Assembly: GCA_043228905.1 (NCBI GenBank)
Contig: JBHGNT010000011.1
Coordinates: forward strand, 4,712,001-4,776,000
Source: Azolla caroliniana
Lineage: Eukaryota > Plantae > Polypodiophyta
Length of the DNA stretch: 64,000 nt
Direction of reading: 5' to 3'
Of this stretch, positions 52,163 through 63,200 are shown piece after piece. Positions within the stretch are counted from its first letter, which is position 1; every line of letters begins with the position of its first letter. The notes under the pieces are model-generated. The model was not told the origin of the DNA, did no database searches, and saw only the letters and a program-made list of their open reading frames with translations. Made by a program: the position numbers and the translations under genes.

Positions 52163-54529
52163 ACCACGAAGAAGAGTGTAAGAAGATGCGTGAATCAACT
52201 TCCACTAGCCGACAACTCACCAATTATACCACCAACTCCGACTATGATGATCGTGGCGGAATGTTCGTGATGAGACATAGAGAAAATTCTATGTCGGTGT
52301 TGAGAGACAAGCTCAACATCTGCCAGATCGGCTGAAGAAGCCGAGGACCGGATCGGCGGGGACCGATCATTTAGGCCGAGTGCGTAAACCGGGAGGTCGT
52401 TAGGAAAGATATTCCATGAGGAATATATTTGGGAGTTAGTGTAGGAGCTCTTGATGAGCATTGAAGTACTGTCAGTACTTCAGTCAATCCTTCTAGGACT
52501 TGTATAAAAGTTTTCACTGAGCACATCTTATGTACAGATTGAGTATTATTGTTGAATATAGTTCTTGTCTTCTCTCTCACTCTCTCTGTCTCTCCCGCAT
52601 ATACTGCGTAAGCTCAAGCTCTCCATTGAACCTGAGTTTCCTTCCTTCTGTTCCGTCTTCATATCTGCTTCCGCACCCTACTTTCCACATGGTATCAGAG
52701 CGCGAGCGTTGAGAACCTCTCTGCAGCCGACACAGCTTGACGAAGAAGAACCAGAACAACGATGGATAGGGGCATGGCGAGCTCGCTTCCAACAGAGAAG
52801 CTCGACAGAACCAACTACGCGTCTTGGTCTTACAAGATGCACCAGTACCTGCTCGGGCACGACTACTGGAGTTATGTCGAAGGAGCTAATGACGCGGCAC
52901 CCGAATCGACACACAAAGACTTCCCGTCGTGGGAGCAATCGGCGAGCAGGGTATTGTACTGCTTCGCGTCGTGTGTGGGCGAACAGCTATTGAGCTATGT
53001 TCGGGATGCAAAGACGCCGAAGGGTGCGTGGGAAAATCTGAAGAAGATTTTCGCCGCGAGCACCACAGCCAGGAAGCTTCAGCTCCGACAAGAGTTGAGC
53101 AACCTACGACAACGCGACTTGTCGGTGGCGGACTATACCTCGAAGATCAAGGATATTTGTGACTCGCTCACCTCCATAGAGGTGAACATCGAGGAGAGCG
53201 AGATAGTCCAGATCTGTCTCGGAGGTTTGGCGTCGAAGTTCGGAGCGTTCCGAACGGCTGTGTGTACCCGGGAGAATACACCATCCTTTTTCGACTTACA
53301 GTCGATGCTCCTGGTAGAGGAGAACCACGCGCGTGCGTCTACAAGCACGCACACAGACAATAGAATGTTGTACACCGAGGGAGATAGGCCCCATGGACGT
53401 GGAGGACGAGGCGAGTCGGCGCGCAATGGAGGCGGCCGACGAGATCAAGGAAGAAGGCACCGAAGTGATGCCGACAGCAACTCCGGACCCTCCGGAAACA
53501 GGGGGAGTCGAAGCGATGAGTACCGGCAAGGGAAGGCCATCGCGGAGTGTTGGTACTGTGGCAAGAAAGGCCACAGGGAAAGTGAGTGCTGGAAGAAGCG
53601 CGCCGATTCGGAGAGAACCAGTTCCAGAAACGGCCCCGAACATACTGACAAGGGAAATCGACAGTGATCGCACTACGCCGAGAACTCCGGGAGAGCCAGA
53701 GAAGGGTCTGTCTTCGTGACGAGACACGAAGTAAACTCAATGAAGCAGACCACCCCGAGATCGGATGAGGTGTGGTACGTAGACTCCGGTGCGTCAAACC
53801 ACATGACGAGCCATAAGGAGTGGTTCTCGTACCTTGAACAACCGATACAACCTGGAGTAGTCGCAACTGGAGACGACACTCCGCATCCGATGGCGAATGT
53901 CGGAGAAGTTCCCCTTAGCCATGTCGGGCAGAAAGGGAAACTCATGAACGTGCTGCATGTCCCGACAATCATGAAAAACTTGGTCTCGGTCGGATAGATC
54001 GTCGACCAAGGGATGGAGGTTCGGTTTACACACCTCGGGTGCTTCATTGAGGAAGAAGGCCGTGTGATTGCGCAAGGGGGCAGGGACGGGAGGATGTTCA
54101 TCCTCGATTCCACTGACGGCGGCACCGCAATGTTCGCGAAGGGACAAAAAGCCAAGTCGGACATCGACTTGTGGCACAAGTGGATAGGCCACGTCAACTA
54201 CCAGCGGCTTCAAGATCTGCAATCGAAACAGGTAGTGTTTGGATTGCCCAAATTTAGTGGCCGAAAGGCACAAATTTGTGAAGCCTGCTAGCTCGGGAAG
54301 TAACATCGGCTTCCCTTCCCCAACGAGCGAAACCAGAGCCGGAACAAGCTCGACCTTATACACTCCGATGTATGGGGGCCGGCACAAAACGTTAGTCTTG
54401 GCGGGAGCCGATATTTCGTCTCCTTCATCGACGACCACATGCGGCACACGTGGATCTACCTCATTGAGAGGAAGAGCGAAGTCTTCGACTGTTTCCGGTA
54501 CCTCAAAGGGTTCGTGGAAACCGAAACGG

Positions 54530-55252
54530 TGTCGTAGTGTATTTCATACACTACGTGAAAAAGTAAAAATAATATAACCGATTTAATTACATATAAATAA
54601 ATAAAATAATATATCAAGATATTTATCACGTGCATAGGGCAGGATTCGAACCATGTACCTCCACGTAGCCAAACCTCAACTTTACCATTATGCTACCTTA
54701 TCTTTAGTGTTCTATAAATAGATTTAATAACTATAACTGCTTTATTTGCGCCTACCTTTATTAAAAGGTAAATCATGTATTTTTAGAGTGCGTCAATATT
54801 TTATAGAAAAACGCAAGCAACTAAAAAGTGACTCATGCACATCTAGCGTGCATGAGCACTATATTTAGCAAATAAAAGCAAGGATTAGAAAAGCATCACA
54901 TGCACATTTAGTGTGCATGAACATATTAGAAAAAAAGCATGTAGCTATGCTTAGTCTCTCCCATCACTATATAAGGATGGGGAGCACATTGTAGTTTTTG
55001 TTGATTATTTTTCTATAATGATCAATCAATCTAAAATATTCGTGGGATTCACGAATTTGCTAAAATAATTCTCTCTTACTACCTAAATATTGACTAAATA
55101 TACTAAACTCGTGGGATTCACGAGATTCTTATCTTATAACTCTTTATACCTATTCTTTACTAGCCTTATTTGTATTTTTCTTTCTCCTAGTCCAAAACCC
55201 CGGTGGTTCCCACCCGACTCACGCAAACGATCCGGAGCCGAAAGGCACGACA
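54530..55252 (+). mobile_element. Solo LTR of the Trp-primed gypsy family
   Basis: TGTCGTAG...GCACGACA; 4-bp TSD ACGG; inserted in copia integrase. Confidence 0.95.
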
Positions 55253-55894
55253 ACGGGACGAAAGATCAAGTGCCTGCGGTCGGATGGCAGGAAAGAGTAC
55301 TTTTCTGGTCAATTCAACGGTTATCTACAACAAATGGGAATTCGGCACGAATTCAGTTGTAGATACATGCCGGAGCAGAACGGCATGGCCGAGAGGAAGA
55401 ATCAGTCAGTTGTGGAAGCGGCACGGGCAATGCTGGTGTTATTCGGCTAATTACTAACTACTACCGATACAGAAGAGAAAACGTCGCTACTCAACGTTCT
55501 AACAAGGAATTGTGTTTTATGAATGGAAATATACTATAATAATCGGTAATTACCGTGATCGTTACTTAGTTATAAATTAGGAAGCTTGCACTTAACAACA
55601 TAGACAATAGAAAGAACACAGAATCCGTACATGATATTCCTAACTTAAACTTATATTACTAAATAAACGACCTTTCTTACAATGCCTTCGGTTCCCTTTT
55701 ATAGGTATACCGAAGGTCTTTTCTCATCAAGAACTATTCCTACTTACTATCAAGAATTACAAAATTATCTAACTAACTTAGTTCTCTTCGTTCACTGCTG
55801 AGTCATTGATCCGAACAGTCGATCCGAACCGACTCCGTTTTCGACGCTTTCCCACTTGTTCGGTAAAACTGACTGTCCGGTTCCGGGTAACACT

Positions 55895-55911
55895 TGGCAC
55901 GTCCGTGGGCC
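55895..55911 (+). promoter_or_regulatory. Inverted tRNA-Arg PBS-like site at the PPT position
   Basis: LTR-CA CT TGGCACGTCCGTGGGCC; equivalent TGGCACGCTTGTGGGAC at 29810-29826. Confidence 0.75.
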
Positions 55912-55936
55912 AGGACCTTGTCCAGCGAACCCATGC

Positions 55937-57298
55937 CTATTCCTGTAGCTCTTCATCTGAATCGTTCAGAATATCAAAAATCGAAGGCTCTTCTGGCCTT
56001 GGATGTATTCCATCTATATCTTCCTCTTCATCTTCATCTTTATCTGTGTCACAGTCGTCATTCGGAGCAGGTTTTGAATGTTGTGATTCGGTTGGCTGCT
56101 CTGGTTCACTTCTTCCGGGAGCTTGAAGACCAGGAGTCTTGCTGGTTCTTTCAGCTTCAATTTTATCCAACTAGACGGAAGTGCCTATATCATTTTTGTC
56201 GAATTCTTGCATAATACGTTGAATTTCCTCTCTGTAAAATGCCGCAATTTCGTCCATATCTTTCATGATATCCTCTTGGATATTGTCAATATCCTTTTGT
56301 GCTATTTTAAAAAAACCTGCACCTTGGACCTGACGGTTATTTTTGTCGGCACGCAATAACTGTAATTCCGCCGCTTGTGCTGTCCATAACTTCCATCCTT
56401 GCGCAAGGGATTCATCGATCATTGTCTTTGCTAGGTTTCGATGTTTCCCTATGATGCGCTGCACTTTGTCCCTAGTGATGCTTGCGACGAATTGAGCAGC
56501 TTGCAACTCTTTCCGTAAATCCGTAATAGTGGCTCGGTTTTCACTTTCAGCCCTCATTAGTTTGGATTCGACTACATATATGTCCAGCCGCCTTTGTTCC
56601 GATATCTTCCGAATTTCGTTCAGTTGTTGTTCGAATGCCGATTTCTCTTTGCTCCATTCCTCCTGATGTTCCGTAATTCTTCTGTTGACTTCTTGAAGAC
56701 TCCGTTCTTTTTCTGTCAATTGACTTTCCTGTGACACTATATACCTTTCGAATTCCTCAATTTGTTCGGTATATGTATGATTGGCCGTCTTAGCTTCCTC
56801 TAGATTTTTCTGTAATTCGTTTATTAATTGATTTTTTTCTTCGAGAATTTTGTATTGGCCATTCTGAATGGTTTCTATTTGTTTTTCTAATTCTGTAGTT
56901 CGAAATACAGCATTGTTGGCCCTTGTTGTTTCTGCTTGACGTGCTTTCTCAGCGTCCTCCAATTTCTGCTGCCATTCCGACTCCGACACCATAGGCCGTG
57001 CCTGTGTTTCCCATTTGTTTAGACTTTCTTTTAGTTCTTTATTTTCTGTCTGTATGTTACAAAACTGCTGTTTCAGCACCTCCGCCGATGCTGATACACT
57101 TTTGTATCTTTCAGCCATATCACTAGCTGCTTTGCGTGCCGTTTCATATTCTCTATGAATTTCGACCAGTGCTTCATGTAATGGTGGCATTTCAATAGCC
57201 TCCCCTCTATTCTGTGCATTTCTTTTCCGGCCGATTTTCTCTATCTCTGCTTTTTCTTGAGGTTCCAACACTCCTCGTAAGGCCTTCTATATCATTAT
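55937..57298 (-). pseudogene. Coiled-coil C-terminal part of the extra ORF (same frame as 57299-60172)
   Basis: 366-aa and 77-aa in-frame ORFs separated by stops; homologous to 29855-31539. Confidence 0.8.
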
Positions 57299-60172
57299 TC
57301 AGTCATTATGTTCTTGAGCCAGCCGTTCTGATACTTCTGTCAATTTTTTAGCCAACCATTCAACCAGTTCGTATGAAGTTCCGAACTGTAAAATGGCAGC
57401 TAATTCATGTGCTGCTGGTGGAATATCCAAGCACCCATGTGCTTCCTGAATTGCTACTTTTGAGGATTGTCCTTGTTGAGGTTGTGTCGAAACGCTCTCA
57501 TTCCCTGGTTTTATTACTTCTGCTACTACAGGCGTATTCGAATTTTCCTTTGTGCGTTGCCTTTTCGGTGCTGACCCATCACTGTTTTCTGGTTGGAATT
57601 GCCGATTAGCCTTTTGTTTAACCCTTGTCCTTTGTCGCATCTTCTCTGCTTGTTGTCGATTTTCTGTCGGCTGCTGCTTGTTTATCAAATGGTCAAGTGT
57701 TTCTTGTTCGGCTTCTGGTTGCCTGTTTTCGGAATTCTCTGGTCTTGGTGGTTCCGACTGAGGCATATCCGTTCGTATATTATCGGCATGTGCCGATTCT
57801 TCCTCTATCCATTCTTCATGTACTACCTTTCGGTGTCTTCGAGGTGCTTGTACTATCGGTGGTCTTCTCGACTGAACAGGAGTTTCCGATTCTTGAATCG
57901 GAAACAATACCGATAGCCAACGACCAAAAATTTGCTTCATTGGTTTTCCTGTTTTTACCCCTTGTAGTTGCTCTCTCAGAGCTTCCCCCGACAATAGTGG
58001 CCAGTTGAAATCCTCTTTTTCGTATGCGGCTATGATAAACCCAGCCCTTTTTTTCGGCATACAATAAAAACGGGGACTGACAAATCCCACCTCTAGTAAA
58101 AATCTAGCCACTTCATGGAAAAACTCATCCCGACCTCCATCTATAATCACATTTCCGATTTCTTGCCCGTAAAGTATTACCTTAATCGACGGATTCTGTT
58201 CATCCATGATCGAAGGGTTATTACTTGGCTGATTGTAGTGTACTGCTATTTGTTCGGAACCTTTATATGCAATTAATGCTGCTACTTTTTCTGTAAACCT
58301 TGGTACTAACTTAAGTAAGCCCGTAAGTGGCAATGACACTTGGCAATCCGCCAACAATTTCCAAGTTTCTTCCTGTTCGTTATTCCCCAATGACTGTTGT
58401 ACAACGATGTTCTGGTCAATGTTATTGTCTTGTATCATTCGATTCACATTACTTTGATTTGCTTCGTCAACCCATTCTTTTGCCGCCTTCCGAACTTCTT
58501 CCTGAATTTCCCACTCTGATTGTTTGCTTTTGCTACGTGTCGTTACTTGCTGAACTTCCGGTATTACCATATTAACTGCTAGACCCTTTCCTTTAACCGG
58601 ACATTGATTAGCATAATGGCCTAGTTGTCGACAAATATAACAAGTGGGTACAAATGTTCCACCGGTCTCTCCATGTGCAAATTGGCCGTTATTAAATTGC
58701 TGCTCTTCATTACCACTCGGGTTTTGTTGGTATTGACGTGTAGCTTTTGGTTTGTAAAATCTTTTATTTTTATACCGATTCTGCCTAAATTGTTCGGTAT
58801 TATCATTTGGTTGTGCTACATTTTGTGTTATGCCGAACTCCTGATTTGGCGGAAAATTATTCTGTTGAAACATTTGATTATTTTGTGGAACGGTTTGAGT
58901 ATTATGTTGAAAGGTCATATTACCCGGTTGAAATGCCGGATTCGGTTGCACATTCGGACAGTTCTGTTGAAACCCTTGAAATGGTGGGTTACCTTGTTGG
59001 AAACTTTGATTATTTTGTTGAAAATATTGATTCGGATTCTGTACGAATGGTGGGTTGGATTGAGCAAATCCTGGTTGAAATGCTTGAGTCACTTGAGTGG
59101 GTTGCATATTTTGTTGTGAAAAGATCTGATTTGGCTGTAGAACCGGATTTTGTTGTACATTTTGCTGATTTTGTGAAAAATTATTATTTTGATAACCATT
59201 GAACGGATTAGTGTTATTTTGGTAACCATTGTCAGTAAAAATTTGTCGTACTGACGCCGTAGTTTTATTAAGCAGATTATATTCACATTGTTCTACTGAA
59301 TGTAATTTTGAATGACATATTGTACAATGTGTTCTTAACGTACATTCAAATGCCGAATGCCCCGTATTTAAACAAGTGGTGCATTGAACTGCTTGTCGAA
59401 ATTGTAACTCCTCTATTGTTGGTAATTTACGGTGTAATGCCGACATGTCCATACTCTGAACATTGACCGGTGGTCGACCCATTTCTATTGCTTTATCAAT
59501 TACTTGTTCGATAGTCTGAGTTCGAAAATCGAACACTTTCAATGTCGTCCTTAATGGTTCTTTTACAGCTTCTAGAAAGACTTCTTTTAATTCATTATCC
59601 GGAATCGGCCTTGAAATCTGAAGCTGTAAGTTCTGAAATCGTATCACAAACTGAGATACTGTTTCATTTTTTTCTTGATATAACGCATAAAATTGCGCAA
59701 TCAAATCCTTCTGCGGAATTTGTTGATGAAATAATTGTAAAAATTTACTAGTTAACACTTCAAAGGATGGAAATCCTTGAAGACCATTCTGCGCAAACCA
59801 ATTGGCAGAATATCCGTCTAATGATAAGACGAACTCAACGATTTTTGACTTATCTTCGGCATCTGCCGACAATCGCTGAGCTGCATGGTTAATCTCCCAT
59901 GTCGTTAAGAAATCCCTAACATGTGCTTCCGCATCTGTTCCTTCCCGGAACTTAGAATAAGTATAAGGCATATCGTCCCAAATGTCGTAAAACGATACCT
60001 CTTCCGTCTGTTTTTCGTCTGAAGGTAATTGATCGGATAAGTCAGGAAGTTTCGACCACTTTGTGCTTGATTCCGGCTGTTCTTGCGCAATGAACGCTTC
60101 CTGCACTGCCTTCGTAACTGACCTTGTACGAGGGCGCTTACAACTGACCAATGTCTTCTCTTCATACGACAT
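57299..60172 (-). CDS. 957-aa gag / extra-ORF fusion
   Basis: Open frame: capsid-like region, three CCHC knuckles, Q/N-rich tract, protease start IIDGG fused to DEFFHEVARFLLEVG. Confidence 0.8.
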   Translation of the reverse strand: MSYEEKTLVSCKRPRTRSVTKAVQEAFIAQEQPESSTKWSKLPDLSDQLPSDEKQTEEVSFYDIWDDMPYTYSKFREGTDAEAHVRDFLTTWEINHAAQRLSADAEDKSKIVEFVLSLDGYSANWFAQNGLQGFPSFEVLTSKFLQLFHQQIPQKDLIAQFYALYQEKNETVSQFVIRFQNLQLQISRPIPDNELKEVFLEAVKEPLRTTLKVFDFRTQTIEQVIDKAIEMGRPPVNVQSMDMSALHRKLPTIEELQFRQAVQCTTCLNTGHSAFECTLRTHCTICHSKLHSVEQCEYNLLNKTTASVRQIFTDNGYQNNTNPFNGYQNNNFSQNQQNVQQNPVLQPNQIFSQQNMQPTQVTQAFQPGFAQSNPPFVQNPNQYFQQNNQSFQQGNPPFQGFQQNCPNVQPNPAFQPGNMTFQHNTQTVPQNNQMFQQNNFPPNQEFGITQNVAQPNDNTEQFRQNRYKNKRFYKPKATRQYQQNPSGNEEQQFNNGQFAHGETGGTFVPTCYICRQLGHYANQCPVKGKGLAVNMVIPEVQQVTTRSKSKQSEWEIQEEVRKAAKEWVDEANQSNVNRMIQDNNIDQNIVVQQSLGNNEQEETWKLLADCQVSLPLTGLLKLVPRFTEKVAALIAYKGSEQIAVHYNQPSNNPSIMDEQNPSIKVILYGQEIGNVIIDGGRDEFFHEVARFLLEVGFVSPRFYCMPKKRAGFIIAAYEKEDFNWPLLSGEALREQLQGVKTGKPMKQIFGRWLSVLFPIQESETPVQSRRPPIVQAPRRHRKVVHEEWIEEESAHADNIRTDMPQSEPPRPENSENRQPEAEQETLDHLINKQQPTENRQQAEKMRQRTRVKQKANRQFQPENSDGSAPKRQRTKENSNTPVVAEVIKPGNESVSTQPQQGQSSKVAIQEAHGCLDIPPAAHELAAILQFGTSYELVEWLAKKLTEVSERLAQEHND

Positions 60173-60207
60173 CCATTCGATTTGTTCTCTGCTTAATTGG
60201 AGATGTA

Positions 60208-60220
60208 ACCGGGCGTGCCA
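60208..60220 (-). promoter_or_regulatory. tRNA-Arg PBS, 11 nt from the 5' LTR
   Basis: Minus strand TGGCACGCCCGGT; decayed TGTCACGCTTGGT at 37329-37341. Confidence 0.8.
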
Positions 60221-63200
60221 AATTTCTTCTGTGTTATTCGGCTAATTACTAACTACTACCGATACAGAAGAGAAAACGTCACTACTCAACGTTCTAACAA
60301 GGAATTGTGTTTTATGAATGGAAATATACTATAATAATCGGTAATTACCGTGATCGTTACTTAGTTATAAATTAGGAAGCTTGCACTTAACAACATAGAC
60401 AATAGAAAGAACACAGAATCCGTACATGATATTCCTAACTTAAACTTATATTACTAAATAAACGACCTTTCTTACAATGCCTTCGGTTCCCTTTTATAGG
60501 TATACCGAAGGTCTTTTCTCATCAAGAACTATTCCTACTTACTATCAAGAATTACAAAATTATCTAACTAACTTAGTTCTCTTCGTTCACTGCTGAGTCA
60601 TTGATCCGAACAGTCGATCCGAACCGACTCCGTTTTCGACGCTTTCCCACTTGTTCGGTAAAACTGACTGTCCGGTTCCGGGTAACAGCTGGAGGAGAAG
60701 AGCTTGCCCAAGTTCTATTGGGCCGAGGCAGTAAGGACCGCGGTATACATCCAGAAGCGGATCGGAGACAAAGTGTCGGCGCACAAGCAATATTTCGGAA
60801 CAAAGCCGAACCTTCGACACTTGAGGGTGTTCGGTAGCATTGCGTATGTGCATATACCGAAGGAGAAAAGTAGGAAGCTGGACGCAAAGGCCGAGAAATG
60901 CATCTTGGTCGGTTACTCGGATGAGCAGAAGGGTTATAAGTGCTATAACCCTTGCACCAAACAAGCGTGTGTCAACCGCGACGTTGTGGTTGACGAGTCC
61001 GCGTCCTGGTACCAGCCCCCGACTCCGAACCCCGAGTCCAATCCGTGTTCTGACGATGAGGTCAGCGAGGCCGAGATGCCTCCGGATGAGCCTGAAATCG
61101 AGACCCGCGAAGAGAGTCCGATTTCACTCCGGTTAAGTGGACCGATTGGACGACTGAGTCGGTACGATCAGTCCGATGGAGAGTCGGCGAGTAGTGGAGA
61201 CTCGGCCGTGCATTCCCCCCGCAGGAAGCCGAGGAGACGGATAAGAACGAGTCTGACCGACGCAAGTCTGACTCCAAGGGAACTGGTGACGGGTCTTTAA
61301 AGGTAAAGACCGCATCAACCGAGAAGGCCTCGACATCGGCTAATGTGAGGTTACGCCGATCTACCCGCCAGAAGAATCCTATTTTGCGGTTCGGATACGA
61401 GTACATGGCGCATCATTATGCGTACATGACCCGTGTAGCGGAAGTGCGTGAGCCGGAGAGCTACGCAGAAGCGGCTAAAGACGCGAATTGGCATGCCGCG
61501 ATGGAGGAAGAGATGCACGCATTGGCAGAGAACGAGACCTGGGACCTGGTTGACGCACCAACAGGGGTAAAACCGATCGGGTGTAGGTGGGTGTACAAGG
61601 TCAAGTACAACACCGATGGCTCGGTCAACCGGTACAAGGCTCGACTAGTGGCAAAGGGCTACGCGCAGAAACACGGCATCGACTACGATGAGACGTTTGC
61701 GCCGGTCGCGAAAATGACGACCGTCCGTGTTTTGCTCGCAGTAGTCGTGGCCAAGGGGTGGCACTTACATCAGATGGATGTAAAGAATGCGTTCTTGCAA
61801 GGTGACCTTGAGGAACAGGTGTACATTGTACAGCCCCCCGGATTTCACTCTAGAACGAACTCCTCAACAGTATGCCGACTAAAGAAGTCCCTTTACGGAC
61901 TGAAGCAAGCCCCGCGTGCCTGGAACGCGAAGATCACGCAACAACTGCGTCGGCTGGGCTTCGTCACGTCAAAATCGGACTCTTCCCTGTTCATCCGGAA
62001 AGGTCGACTCGGACCGGTTACTATTCTACTATATGTTGATGACTTGGTCATCACCGGCGCCGACCTAGGTGAAATCGACCGCATGAAGCTCTAGCTTGAG
62101 GCATCGTTCGACATGAAGGATCTGGGGGACCTTCATTACTTCCTCGGGATCGAAGTGATCCGTACCCCCGAAGGCATATTGATCAGCCAACGCCATTACG
62201 TGCTGAGTCTGCTCTTCAAATTCGGGATGGCCGACTGTAAGTCCGTCTCGACTCCTCTGGATAGAACCGTCAAGCTTCGTCCCGATACGGGAAAGGTATG
62301 CGACCCGACGAGGTTCCGACAAATTGTCGGAAGCCTCATATACTTGACCATCACCCGACCCGACCTCAGTTATCCGGTCGGGGTGATCAGTCAGTTCATG
62401 CCGCGACCTACCGAGGAGCACCTTCAGTGTGTGCAACGCGTACTGCGGTACGTAAGTGGCACTAAGGACCGAGGACTGCTATATCGGACCGGTGCAGCCG
62501 CGCAGTTAGTTGGCTACACCGATGCTGATTGGGCTGGCAATGCCGCCGATTGTTGATCCACGTCTGGATACGCGTTCTCCCTCGGGAGTGCCGCGATCGC
62601 GTGGAGCAGTAAGAAGCAACCGACAGTTGCACTGTCGAGCACCAAAGCTAAGTACCGAGGAGCGGCTGTCGCAACATGCGAAGCCATATAGTTGAATCGG
62701 CTACTTAAGGACCTGCAAGTGGAGGTGTCAGATCCGACGACGATCTACTGCGACAACCTCAGCAGCATCCAGCTCGCGAAGAACCCCGTCTTCCACGCAC
62801 GGACCAAGCACATTGAGGTGCATTACCATTTCGTCCGCGAGCGTGTCCTTTCCGGTGAAGTCGAACTTCAATATGTTCTGACGGCTCGGCAGACTGCCGA
62901 CATCTTCACCAAGCCTCTTGGTCTGGACAAGTTGTGGCAATTCTCAGGTGCGCTCGGGTTGCGTCACCTCGATGTGCCGACCTTGAGGGGGAGAACAGTC
63001 CCGAACGACCAAGCAAGGCAGCAGGAAAGGAGCGGAGACCGCGACACCGAGTCTACCTCGGTAGACTCGGTTGTCAAGTTCGAGTTCGGATCGGCTGAAG
63101 AAGCCGAGGGCGGACCCACGGAAAAGTCCGAAAGCGGACAGAAGGGGAGCAACCGAAGGAGAGAGCCGAAGCCAACCACGCATGGGGGAGATGACGCCAT

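Larger units (their letters stand above)
55437..60687 (-). mobile_element. Young pol-less Ty3/gypsy derivative of the dual-PBS family
   Basis: 456-bp LTRs 55437-55892 and 60232-60687, nearly identical; TSD GCTGG; PBS-like sites at both inner ends. Confidence 0.95.

Noticed and set aside
54631-54702. Functional tRNA gene
   Set aside because: A and B boxes are present but no convincing acceptor or anticodon stems; treated as a tRNA-like cassette.
56171-57271. Host myosin/SMC-like coiled-coil gene
   Set aside because: It lies between LTRs, in frame with gag, and is homologous to the extra ORF at 29855-32784.
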